In this document: piece after piece, positions 12,692 through 24,347 of the stretch
How positions within the stretch are numbered: the first letter of the stretch is position 1
Layout: each line of letters begins with the position of its first letter
DNA from: Nemertoderma westbladi
Taxonomy: Eukaryota; Animalia; Xenacoelomorpha
Direction: 5' to 3'
Assembly (NCBI GenBank): GCA_032718475.1
Contig: JAUCBJ010007827.1
Coordinates: forward strand, 1-37,543
DNA length: 37,543 bases
Notes under the pieces: model-generated
Databases searched by the model: none
Told to the model about the DNA's origin: nothing
Seen by the model: the letters and a program-made list of their open reading frames with translations, nothing else
Translations under genes and position numbers: made by a program

Positions 12692-14497
12692 ATGACTGAG
12701 TTGATAGAAGATGATCTTGGTATCAGGGAGTGATATACCCTACCATTGCAAGCGTTTGTTGATAGCTTAATACGCGGCGACGCTAGTCCAACTACTACGG
12801 AGGACGATGGCCGTTATATCGAACTGCCAATGTCCAAGGAACAACTCACACGTGAATTGGACTATAGAAAATTCACCGCTCGCTATACGCATCGTAATGG
12901 TACGTATATGGACTTCTTAACTACTGGTCATCCTATCGATTTACACGATACGGACGATGTAGACACCGAAAGGGAAATGGTTCTATTTAAATATCATACC
13001 CAGCGGAGTTGGAACGATAAACCGAGAATCGAACACGAAAATTCTATTCGCAACCAACTCGAAAGAGAAGATGTTGAAGAGCCGGATAAACGCAGTGACT
13101 TCAACGAATATCTGGAATTCTTGAGAGAAACATATCTCAATATAGCCAGTCAACAAACTCTAGAAACTCGATATCCTCAAGGTGTACATCATGACCCTAT
13201 GATAGAACTCAAATGGCTCTATTTCACTATGATGTATCTTACCGCCGATCGACCGCTACCTGTTGTCCCGGATAGCTTCGAACAGATAGAGGAATATTGT
13301 AAAACTGGAAAACAATCACCCGCGTTTCCCCTACAGGACGTGCGTCTTTGGTATTATTGCGATGAATGCCCTAGACCCAACCAGCAAACGGAAAGACATA
13401 AACATCCGCGGAGTCGTTGCGCTAAACACAGTTTTACTCACTATACTTACGGGAGTTTCGAGCGAAACTTGTTCGATGTATCACCTACGCTCGCTCGACT
13501 CAAAAGATCCTTAAATAAACCGATGATCAGAGTTCCGGAATACTCGGTCAGACCTCCTCATTCCCTGGTGAGACCTCAGACTCTTGATCCTAATAGTATC
13601 ACGGATCCTCCCGAACTGTACTCACTGCTCAAAGATCTAGTGTTACCTGAACAATTAGTCGGTGGCACTCCGGTTGTGGGCTCCCTAGATATTCGCCCAT
13701 CTTACCTAGCCAGATTGGGATGTGGACACCTAATATCGCCGTTCAACCCGTATAATCGTCCCGGTCTAACCCCGATACAACCTGTCACCGAGGTGGAGGA
13801 GACCGTTGTACGAAACGCGCTAGACGCTATTCGACAAAAGATCAGAAAAGGAACTTACGATTGTTTAGATAAACGTAAATTGCAGCGACAAGTCCAAGCG
13901 GTAAAAGAATTAGCTTTACCCCAGTTTGATCGGGAAATCCTGAATCTCGAGGAAGACATCAAACTTGGACGAATCTACTCTCTGCAAGAGTTTTTGGACG
14001 AACGCTTCCAACGACCAGCTGAGGAAAATCAGCTCGAGGAGAAGCATATTGAAATGGACGAGAGAGAAGAAGCAGCTTTAGCCCAGCCAGAAGCTCAAAT
14101 CGTTATGACCGATCTCTACTCCAAAACCATTATTTATCCTTCAATGGTTACCCATTTCGGAGACAAACTCTTCGCCACGGTACAACCCCAACCGGTTGAT
14201 ATCAACCTAAGATCTCGAGATCTTATCGCTGACGCTCCTATGTTACAACGTCCGCCAATCGAGGCCGCTCGTGCCGACGGTATAATCGTTGACCCTCCGG
14301 ACAATCGAGCGGATCTTGTCCGTCGTATGGTACACGAGGTCAACCTACGCGCTAGACGTTTACCGAACTCATTTTATGGGATCAAAGACCACCCTTATTA
14401 TGTCAATTTAACTCAATATTATATGGTGAAACCGGAAGATCTTACATACATTTTAAAGTTTCTACCATTGATAAATCACGCGGTGACTTGTTCATAA
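12692..14497 (+). pseudogene. Accessory ORF1, ~601 codons, unknown function, possible Cys/His Zn-binding motif; one premature TGA at 12731
   Basis: ATG at 12692 is in frame with ORF 12746..14497. The TGA corresponds to AAA (Lys) in the left copy. Contains YYCDEC-x9-HKH-x4-CAKH. Confidence 0.8.
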
Positions 14498-14896
14498 ACT
14501 CGCATCCAGAGTTACAAGAAGTTCATAGACAACCATATGAATATAAAGCCAGAGAACGCGAGTTGGAAAGAACCATCAAACCGAGGAAATTTCTCACTAC
14601 TCACGGTCCACCTACCACTCTCGTGCAAATGACCCGTCCAGGGACCAGTAAGAGCTGCTGTCTTGAAACGCGCTCTGAAGGTTGTTCGACCTCGCTCCAC
14701 TGAGGTTGATATCGATCAACCGGGTACCTCGACCGGCGGATACACCGACCGTAACCCTAAACCTTCCGATGCAATTGTATTGTACCCTTCACCCAGGAGT
14801 TATAGCCCTCCTAGTAAAGTGGCTCGCCCCTAAGAGAAAAGGACTCTTGCTAGCCTCAAAAAACTGCGTAAACGCCGTTCGCGTAAGAAGGACTAA
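14452..14896 (+). pseudogene. Accessory ORF2, right copy, with a +1 insertion near 14639 and a TAA near 14831
   Basis: Homologous to the intact 429..836 ORF and ends AAG AAG GAC TAA at 14896. Confidence 0.6.
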
Positions 14897-14974
14897 CTGT
14901 TTAGAGTATTTTTATATTTTAGAAACTGTGATTTTTTATATTTTATAGAATTAAATCCCATTTTCTGGGAGCGG

Positions 14975-15982
14975 TGTAAAAGCTTTTGCGGACATAACAA
15001 GTCATTTCTCTCCGCAATATACCGTGTAGGTGCTTTAGCGGACATAACAAGCCATTTTCTCCGCAATGTACCGTTTAGGTGCTTTAGCGGACATAACAAG
15101 CCATTTTCTGCCACAATGCGCCTAATACTCTAAAAGACTGGAACTCAGATGACGAAATCTGTCAGCTGATATACTGTAAACGTGGAACCTCACTTTGTTC
15201 TCCTCAGCCAATCAGAGCGATTTTCATTTTATGTTGGACAAGGGCCTATGTAAAACCGCGCAATGCATTACGGTTTTTGTTTACCTTTCTGAGCGAGAGA
15301 ACTGCTTGGAAATCTTCTGTTACTTCTGTTGTGGAAATTTCAGACTTTGCCTAAAGATCTGATGGCTTTGATTATGGAACGTAAATCTATTATCTGGCAA
15401 CCAACTGACTGACGGGACATTGCTCAACCCAAACTGCTGGACACTGCATATCATACTAAACCAACAAACTGACTTTTCACCGCATTATTTACTTCTGTTT
15501 ACTGTCTGTTATTAATTGTTGTATATTGTTGGATATGTTGTTATATTTGGAGAATACCGATAAATTATCATAAAACCCCCAATCTTCTTGATTACTGAAG
15601 GTAAGAGGACAGTTTACCTGTAGCAACTGCGACTTAAATTATAGTGGTTTTTGTGTGAATTAAATGCTATTTCATAATCCCTACAAGTGTCAGTTGCGAT
15701 CTTCTTTATATATGATCAAATTCAGTGACGGTCGGCAGATCAGTGTGCAGTAGTGTGAAGTAGTGTGACAGATAATAAAGCATCTCCTAAAGAATGCGCT
15801 ATTTACGAAACTCAGTAGCCATCTAGTTGTGATTAGTATAAGTCATAACTCTGTTTTTATACTTAAAGCGCCACGTCCTAAAGGAACTGTTAACATTTCC
15901 CCGAAAGTAAATATATTTGTCAGAGATTATATAGTAACGATCAATCGAATAATACAGTAGGTCTACACCGCAATCACTATCA
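14975..15982 (+). repeat. 3' LTR (family A), ~1.0 kb, TG...CA
   Basis: Preceded by the PPT-like GGGAGCGG. Boundaries are defined by the direct copy at 16225-17174 (3' end uncertain by ~15 bp). Contains CCAAT (~15208), a TATA-like motif (~15570), AATAAA (~15774) and three ~49-bp units. Confidence 0.85.
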
Positions 15983-16009
15983 AGGCATCCGAATCAACGT
16001 AGTCATGTA

Positions 16010-16163
16010 AATACCGTTTTTTATAGTGGAAAGCCCATTAAATTTTAGGAAAAGTCACGAAATTTTGCTTTTCCCAACAACACTGAAACAAAGATACAGA
16101 TGATTTACAAAAAAATTTCTAAAAAGAACCCCCCCCCCCGGACAAGTAGACAAATAGGGTTAA
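16010..16163. mobile_element. Possible piggyBac-like MITE terminus
   Basis: Ends in a C-run then AAATAGGG|TTAA, i.e. TTAA-CCCT on the minus strand. The partner end is not seen. Confidence 0.35.
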
Positions 16164-16224
16164 ATTATACTTTTTGGTATTATATTTAAAAACACTACCG
16201 GAAGCTTGTTATCTTACAGTAGGC

Positions 16225-17174
16225 TGTAAAAGCTTTTGCGGACATAACAAGTCATTTTTCCCCGCAATCCACAGTGTAGGTGCTTTAGCGGACATAACAA
16301 GTCATTTTTGCCGCAATGCGCATAATACTCTAAAAGATTGGAGCTCAGATGACGAAATCTGTCAGCTGATTTCCTGTAGACGTGGAACCTCTTTGTTCTG
16401 CTCAGCCAATCAGAGCGATTTTCTCTTTATGTAGGACAGAGGCCTACGGAAAACTGCGCAATGCATTACGGTCTTTGTTTACCTTTCTGAGCCAGAGAAC
16501 CGGCTTAGAATTCTTCTGTGCTTCTGTTTTGGAAGTTTCAGACTTTGGCCTAAACATCTGATGGCTTTGATTATAAGAATGTAAATCTATTATCTGACTT
16601 ACGTCATCCAACTGACTGACCTGAATCACCTACTCTGGTCTTTCATTACGTAACACATACTGATTGTTGACCGCATTATTTTACTTCTATTATTAATTGT
16701 TGTTATATGGATATATATTGCTGATATATTTGGATAATACCGATGAATACTTATAAAACCCCCAATCTTCTTGATTATTGAAGGTGAGAGGAACAGGTTA
16801 CCGGTAGCAACTGCGACTTAAATTATAGTGGTTTTGTGTGAATTAAATGCTATTTCATAATCCCTACCAGTGTCAGTTGCGATCTTCCTTATATATGATC
16901 AAATTCAGTGACGGTCGGCAGATCAGTGTGAAGTAGTGTGAAGTCGTGTGAAGTAGTGTGACAGATAATAAAGCATCTCCTAAAGAATGCGCTATTTACG
17001 AAACTCAGTAGCCATCTAGTTGTGATTAGTATAAGTCATAACTCTGTTTTTATACTTAAAGCGCCACGTCCTAAAGGATCTGTTAATATTTCCCCGAAAG
17101 TAAATATATTTGTCAGAGATTATATAGTAATGATCAATTGAATAATACAGTAGGTCTGCACCGCAATAACTTCA
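16225..17174 (+). repeat. Solo LTR (family A)
   Basis: Direct diverged copy of 14975-15982 with two rather than three ~49-bp units. No adjoining internal sequence and no clear TSD. Confidence 0.85.
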
Positions 17175-18154
17175 AAGAACCTGAATCCAGTCTCCCTTAA
17201 CTGTGGGTGAATGATCGCGCACAGACTGGCTTCGGCAGATGTAACTTCAGTACATTAAATAATTGGTCTAGGCTAAAGTCGATTTATAAACAAGAAGACA
17301 ACTAAAATTGGCAGGTTAAACTGCTAAAGGTCTAAAAGCGCGAACAAATTATATTCCCCTGCAACTTCTTTAAAAACTTTTATTACATCACATTTCAATG
17401 AAATAATTAATATATTCTTGTGCAAAAAGTTTACCGGGTGTGAGGAGTCCAGCATCAAGTTTCATAACCAAGTTTCAGAAACAATTGGCTACGTGTAAGG
17501 ACCTGTAAATATACCACATGTTGCTGAAAAGTAATCCAATGGGACTTCCGATGTAAGTCTAATACAGTAGCTGTGGTCTGCTAAAATCTTAAGTCGGGTC
17601 CCCCATGTTTCACTACGGAATAATATACATAAAAATTATTTTATTACGTAACTAGAGAGCCGCTTAACTACATAAACCAACATTTAGGTCACTATTTTGA
17701 GTCGTAACGATGACGCTGATACTATTTTTATAGCTAATAGAGTTAATTAATACTTTTGTAGCGATATGTAGATCTGTAGACGATCTGTAGAGTTGCCGCA
17801 GGTTCCCTATTTCGGCGGATCTCGACGTCCAGAAATATTTTACTATCAGTCTGTATAAATTCTTGTATCTTCAACTACGGGAGGGACCGTTGGGATGTAT
17901 TACAGTAATGTTCGGTGTAAAATTTATTGAATTTTTTTTTCGGCTTAAAATTTTTGAATTTTTTTCCGCTGTAAAAATTATTGAATTTTTAATCTACTTT
18001 AACTACATTGTGAGTTCTTTTTCTATGAGTTCTTTTTTTTCCTTGGGAAAGATGCAATCATTTTCTCACGATTTTGGGTCGACCGAAAAATTAACAATTT
18101 AAGAATAAAATTTATAATGTATATTTAATGACAAGTAATTAAGTTAATATTCTA

Positions 18155-18243
18155 AGGTCGAATCGAAGTCGAATTTTTTTACCTGAGTCGAATCGAAAAT
18201 GAATCGAAAAATTGCTTTTGATTTGATTCGATGCCAGTCCCTG
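18155..18243 (-). mobile_element. Possible hAT-like MITE end with subterminal TCGAA repeats
   Basis: Minus strand begins CAGGGACTGGCATCGAATC with repeated (G/A)TCGAA motifs. The other end was not found. Confidence 0.3.
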
Positions 18244-18283
18244 GCGTTAAGTAATGACCCCCTACTGGACATTACTTAACGCC
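18243..18283. repeat. Perfect 14-bp inverted repeat with a 13-nt loop
   Basis: GGCGTTAAGTAATG (18243-18256) and CATTACTTAACGCC (18270-18283). Confidence 0.85.
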
Positions 18284-18480
18284 GTCATGGTTACCACGTA
18301 AACAATAGGTGGAAATTTGCCTAACATCCAGATAGGCCTACTGCATTACCTACCGGGAGGCGGGGTATAGCTATTAATAACCAGTAGGGCCTAGCTATAT
18401 TATTATAACATGGCGCCAAACGCCACCATAAATATACGCTAACTTATTTATAACAAAAACTGTAGCCTGTCCTATTGTAT

Positions 18481-19560
18481 TTAGTTTATTGTTTTGGATA
18501 AAATAACGTGCCATTGTAACCTGCTCCTTTCCCTAGATTGAGAATTTAACATTGATGCGGGATATTAATTCGCCAAGGCGGGTTTTGCGTCCAGCCCCAA
18601 TCCCCCCCCCCCCCCCCCCCTGACTCGCCTTTTTATATCCATATACTGTATACATCCATTTGATTGGCTGTCTAATATATGACGAATTTTTTCCTTCATT
18701 GCTAATAATCGCACATGATTATGTGTTTGAGTGCCGAGGTTTGCAAGTCTGTGATTTGGTGTATTACTAAAAATGGGCCCTAAAACAACCTATTGGTTGT
18801 ATTGTTTCCTAACATTAGTACAGCCTAACCTAATATTCTAACATTGATTATTATGTCAAATTGAGGCAAACAGTGAGCATGGCTTAATATTACTAATGCA
18901 TATAAACTATACAGCACTGTAAGTGCTCTATAATAAGTCCCAACAAATATATTGTACACGGACTCAAATCCAAGCCATATATATAAATAAAAATATATTA
19001 ACATTGATCAATTAATTAATTAATCTTCTAACTTTTTTGTATACCATCAGTGGGATTATTAAATTATTAGACCTGTATGACTATTTTACTAAGTAAACCC
19101 ATTGCAGATGCGATCTGAGCCAAGAGTAATTCATTATTGCCAACATTGTTATTGATCCAAGCCTGACTAAAAACATATATAGACTTTAATTATTACCGGC
19201 ACTCTAACAAACAATATTATTATAATAAAATTATATTTAAATATTTAATGATTTCATTTTATAATTGTTTTTGCCGTATAATTTACAGATAGAGTGTAAC
19301 CCCCCTCCCCCCCCCCCCCCCCCCTGTCTCATAATTTGAGACGATTTTGAATTTGAGAATTATTAATTGGTGTACAAAATCACACATATCGCACTGCAGA
19401 TATAATTTCTCCTAATATTTATGATATTTTTATGAAAACTCTCTGAATTAATATGTAACAATGTAACAAATGCCTCGTCTCAATGTTAACCTATTAATTA
19501 CGGGAAAGGAGCAGGTTATAGTGGCACTTTATAAGCGAAACAACAAAGACAATCAACTAA
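18481..19560. mobile_element. MITE-like segment bounded by ~90-bp imperfect inverted repeats
   Basis: TTAGTTTATTG...GTGCCATTGTAACCTGCTCCTTTCCC...TTAACATTGA at the left, and its reverse complement TCAATGTTAA...GGGAAAGGAGCAGGTTATAGTGGCAC...CAATCAACTAA at the right. Confidence 0.55.
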
Positions 19561-19628
19561 AATTAATAGCAAGCAAGCAAACAGTCGGCCGCGGCCGGAG
19601 GCGACCCGAAGGGTCCTCGTTCGATAAC

Positions 19629-19820
19629 TGCTACCCGAATGTAGGTAGGGGGGATGCTACTCCTATCTGCTACCCGAAAGTAGGGGAGGGCGCTACTCCT
19701 ATCTGCTACCCGAAGGTAGGGGTTGGCGCTACTCCTATCTGCTACCCGAAGGTAGGGGTGGGCGCTACTCCTATCTGCTACCAGAAGGTAGGGGTTGGCG
19801 CTACTCCTATCTGCTACCCG
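19629..19820. repeat. 36-bp satellite, left block (~5 units)
   Basis: Unit GGCGCTACTCCTATCTGCTACCCGAAGGTAGGGGTG. Confidence 0.95.
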
Positions 19821-21597
19821 ATAAAAAATATCGAGAGTAAAAATAACGCGAGATGAAAAAATATCGAAAATAACGAGTGTTGAAAAATATCGAGTGTTGA
19901 AAAATATCGAGAGGAAAAATATCGAGTGTTGAAAAATATCGAGAGTAAAAATATCGAGTGTTGAAAAATATCGAGAGTAAAAATATCGAGTGTTGAAAAA
20001 TATAGAGAGTAAAAATATCGAGTGTTGAAAAATATCGAGAGTAAAAATATCGAGTGTTGAAAAATATCGAGTGTTGAAAAATATCGAGTGTTGAAAAATA
20101 TCGAGAGTAAAAATATCAAGAGTAAAAATATCGAGTTTTGAAAAATATCGAGAGTAAAAATATCGAGTGTTGAAAAATATCGAGAGTAAAAATAACGAGT
20201 GTTGAAAATATCGAGTGTTGAAAAATATCGAGAGTAAAAATATCGAGAGTAAAAATATCGAGTGTTGAAAAATATCGAGAGTAAAAATATCGAGTGTTGA
20301 AAAATATCGAGAGTAAAAATATCGAGTGTTGAAAAATATCGAGAGTAAAAATAACGAGTGTTGAAAAATATCGAGAGTAAAAATATCGAGTGTTGAAAAA
20401 TATCGAGTGTTGAAAAATATCGAGTGTTGAAAAATATCGAGAGTAAAAATATCGAGAGTAAAAATATCGAGTGTTGAAAAATATCGAGAGTAAAAATATC
20501 GAGAGTAAAAATATCGAGTGTTGAAAAATATCGAGAGTGAAAATATCGAGTGTTGAAAAATATCGAGTGTTGAAAAATATCGAGAGTAAAAATATTGCAT
20601 TTTGCATGAGCATTTTATTTAGAATTATGGAACAATATTGCAGTGCATGGGTTACAACAGTGCAACTGCAAGTGAATGGCATTAATACACCTTGGGTACT
20701 GTACCCATTCACCAGATTTATTATACTAGCTAGTTTTTGCTATTTTTTTAATAAATATTATAAAAGAAGTGCTAGCTATAAATTTTGATAAATATTATAA
20801 ATATTGTTAAATATTATATTAGAACACGTATAAGCTACCAAATGTTGATAAATATTGTTGTTCTAGAACATTTTTAGTAAAAAAAATTATCATACAACCC
20901 TTATTTAACAAAATTGTTACTATCGATATTTTTACTCTCGATATTTTTCAACATTCTATATTTTTTTCAACACTCGATATTTTTACTCTCCATATTTTTC
21001 AACACTCGATATTTTTCAACACTCGATATTTTTCAACACTCGATATTTTTCAACACTCGATATTTTTACTCTCGATATTTTTCAACACTCGATATTTTTA
21101 CTCTCGATATTTTTCAACACTCGATATTTTTATTCTCGATATTTTTCAACACTCGATATTTTTACACTCGATATTTTTCAACACTCGATATTTTTACTCT
21201 CGATATTTTTCAACACTCGATATTTTTACTCTCGATATTTTTCAACACTCGATATTTTTACTCTCGATATTTTTCAACACTCGATATTTTTACTCTCGAT
21301 ATTTTTCAACACTCGATATTTTTACTCTCGATATTTTTCAACACTCGATATTTTTACTCTCGATATTTTTCAACACTCGATATTTTTACTCTCGATATTT
21401 TTCAACACTCGATATTTTTACTCTCGATATTTTTACTCTCGATATTCTTCAACACTCGGTATTTTTACTCTCGATATTTTTACCCTCGATATTTTTACTC
21501 TCGATATTTTTTGAACTCTCGATATTATCGTTATTTTTCAACACTCGATGTTTTTACTCGCGTTATTTTTCATGTCTCGATATTTTTCAATATAACC
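19821..21597. mobile_element. Foldback-type element: long inverted arms built from 15/17-bp tandem units around a ~330-bp AT-rich spacer
   Basis: 19821-20592 is a mixture of AAAAATATCGAGAGT and AAAAATATCGAGTGTTG. 20921-21597 is the reverse complement array. Both outer ends share an AAAAATAACGCGAG variant. Confidence 0.75.
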
Positions 21598-24347
21598 GCG
21601 CTACTCCTATCTGCTACCCGAAGGTAGGGGTTGGCGCTACTCCTATCTGCTACCCGAAGGTAGGGGAGGGAGCTACTCCTATCTGCTACCCGAAGGTAGG
21701 GGTTGGCGCTACTCCTATCTGCTACCCGAGGGTAGGGGTGGGCGCTACTTCTATCTGCTACCCGAAGGTAGGGGTGGGCGCTACTCCTATCTGCTACCCG
21801 AAGGTAGGGGAGGGAGCTACTCCTATCTGCTATCCGAAGGTGGGGGTTGGCGCTACTCCTATCTGCTACCCGAAGGTAGGGGTGGGCGCTACTCCTATCT
21901 GATGCCCGAAGGTAGGGGTGGGCGCTACTCCTATCTGCTATCCGAAGGCGGGGGTTGGCGCTACTCCTATCTGCTACCCGAAGGAAGGGGTTGACGCTAC
22001 TCCTATCTGCTATCCGAAGGCGGGGGTTGGCGCTACTCCTATCTGCTACCCGATGGTAGGGGTGGGCGCTACTCCTATCTGCTACCCGAGGGTGGTGGTG
22101 GGCGCTACTCCTATCTGCTACCCGAAGGTAGGGGTGGGCGCTACTCCTATCTGCTACCCGAAGGTAGGGGAGGGCGCTACTCCTATCTGCTACCCTAAGG
22201 TAGGGGTGGGCGCTACTCCTATCTGCTACCCGAAGGTGGGGGTGGGCGCTACTCCTATCTGCTACCCGAAGGTAGGGGTGGGCGCTACTCCTATCTGCTG
22301 CCCGAAGGTGGAGGTGGGCGCTACTCCTATCTGCTACCCGAAGGTAGGGGTGGGCGCTACTCCTATCTGCTATCCGAAGGCGGGGGTTGGCGCTACTCCT
22401 ATCTGATACCCGAAGGAAGGGGTTGACGCTACTCCTATCTGCTACCCGAAGGTAGGGGAGGGAGCTACTCCTATCTGCTACCCTAAGGTAGGGGTGGGCG
22501 CTACTCCTATCTGCTATCCGAAGGTGGGGGTTGACGCTACTCCTATCTGCTATCCGAAGGCGGGGGTTGGCGCTACTCCTATCTGCTACCCGATGGTAGG
22601 GGTGGGCGCTACTCCTATCTGCTACCCGAGGGTGGTGGTGGGCGCTACTCCTATCTGCTACCCGAAGGTAGGGGTGGGCACTACTCCTATCTGCTACCCG
22701 AAGGTAGGGGTGGGCGCTACTCCTATCTGCTACCCGAAGGTAGGGGAGGGAGCTACTCCTATCTGCTACCCTAAGGTAGGGGTGGGCGCTACTCCTATCT
22801 GCTATCCGAAGGTGGGGGTTGGCGCTACTCCTATCTGCTACCCGAAGGTAGGGGTGGGCGCTACTCCTATCTGATGCCCGAAGGTGGAGGTGGGCGCTAC
22901 TCCTATCTGCTACCCGAAGGTAGGGGTGGGCGCTACTCCTATCTGCTATCCGAAGGCGGGGGTTGGCGCTACTCCTATCTGCTACCCGAAGGAAGGGGTT
23001 GACGCTACTCCTATCTGCTATCCGAAGGCGGGGGTTGGCGCTACTCCTATCTGCTACCCGATGGTAGGGGTGGGCGCTACTCCTATCTGCTACCCGAGGG
23101 TGGTGGTGGGCGCTACTCCTATCTGCTATCCGAAGGCGGGGGTTGGCGCTACTCCTATCTGCTACCCGAAGGAAGGGGTTGACGCTACTCCTATCTGCTA
23201 TCCGAAGGCGGGGGTTGGCGCTACTCCTATCTGCTACCCGATGGTAGGGGTGGGCGCTACTCCTATCTGCTACCCGATGGTAGGAGTGGGCGCTACTCCT
23301 ATCTGCTACCCGAGGGTCGGGGTGGGCGCTGCTCCTATCTGCTACCCGAGGGTAGGGGTGGGCGCTACTCCTATCTGCTACCCGATGGTAGGGGTGGGCG
23401 CTACTCCTATCTGCTACCCGATGGTAGGAGTGGGCGCTACTCCTATCTGCTACCCGAGGGTCGGGGTGGGCGCTGCTCCTATCTGCTACCCGAGGGTAGG
23501 GGTGGGCGCTACTCCTATCTGCAACCCGAGGGTAGGGGTGGGCGCTACTCCTATCTGCTACACGAGGGTAGGGGTGGGCGCTACTCCTATCTGCTACCCG
23601 AAGGTAGGGGTGGGCGCTACTCCTATCTGCTATCCGAAGGCGGGGGTTGGCGCTACTCCTATCTGCTACCCGAAGGAAGGGGTTGACGCTACTCCTATCT
23701 GCTATCCGAAGGCGGGGGTTGGCGCTACTCCTATCTGCTACCCGATGGTAGGGGTGGGCGCTACTCCTATCTGCTACCCGAGGGTGGTGGTGGGCGCTAC
23801 TCCTATCTGCTATCCGAAGGCGGGGGTTGGCGCTACTCCTATCTGCTACCCGAAGGAAGGGGTTGACGCTACTCCTATCTGCTATCCGAAGGCGGGGGTT
23901 GGCGCTACTCCTATCTGCTACCCGATGGTAGGGGTGGGCGCTACTCCTATCTGCTACCCGATGGTAGGAGTGGGCGCTACTCCTATCTGCTACCCGAGGG
24001 TCGGGGTGGGCGCTGCTCCTATCTGCTACCCGAGGGTAGGGGTGGGCGCTACTCCTATCTGCTACCCGATGGTAGGGGTGGGCGCTACTCCTATCTGCTA
24101 CCCGATGGTAGGAGTGGGCGCTACTCCTATCTGCTACCCGAGGGTCGGGGTGGGCGCTGCTCCTATCTGCTACCCGAGGGTAGGGGTGGGCGCTACTCCT
24201 ATCTGCAACCCGAGGGTAGGGGTGGGCGCTACTCCTATCTGCTACACGAGGGTAGGGGTGGGCGCTACTCCTATCTGCTACACGAGGGTAGGGGTGGGCG
24301 CTACTCCTATCTGTTACCCGAGGGTAGGGGTGGGCGCTATTCCTATC
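21598..24347. repeat. 36-bp satellite, main block (~76 units) with higher-order structure
   Basis: Same unit as 19629-19820. A 19-unit (684-bp) variant series is repeated from ~22917 and ~23601. Confidence 0.95.

Larger units (their letters stand above)
8423..15982 (+). mobile_element. Non-autonomous BEL/Pao LTR retrotransposon: protease/RT/RNase H deleted, no cognate 5' LTR, with a 3' accessory ORF module
   Basis: Order is gag, integrase, 1.2-kb spacer, ORF1/ORF2, PPT, LTR, all on one strand. That the accessory module belongs to the BEL element is an inference. Confidence 0.7.

Noticed and set aside
12692-14497. env gene call for the extra ORF
   Set aside because: No signal peptide, transmembrane segment or Cys-rich ectodomain is visible.
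16219-17156. GTAGGC/GTAGGT as TSD of the solo LTR
   Set aside because: The GTAGGT and ~20 following bases are also present in the other LTR copy, so they belong to the LTR.
21598-24347. CRISPR-like 36-bp repeats
   Set aside because: Units are head-to-tail with no unique spacers, there are no cas genes, and the context is eukaryotic. The same applies to the 68-bp array.
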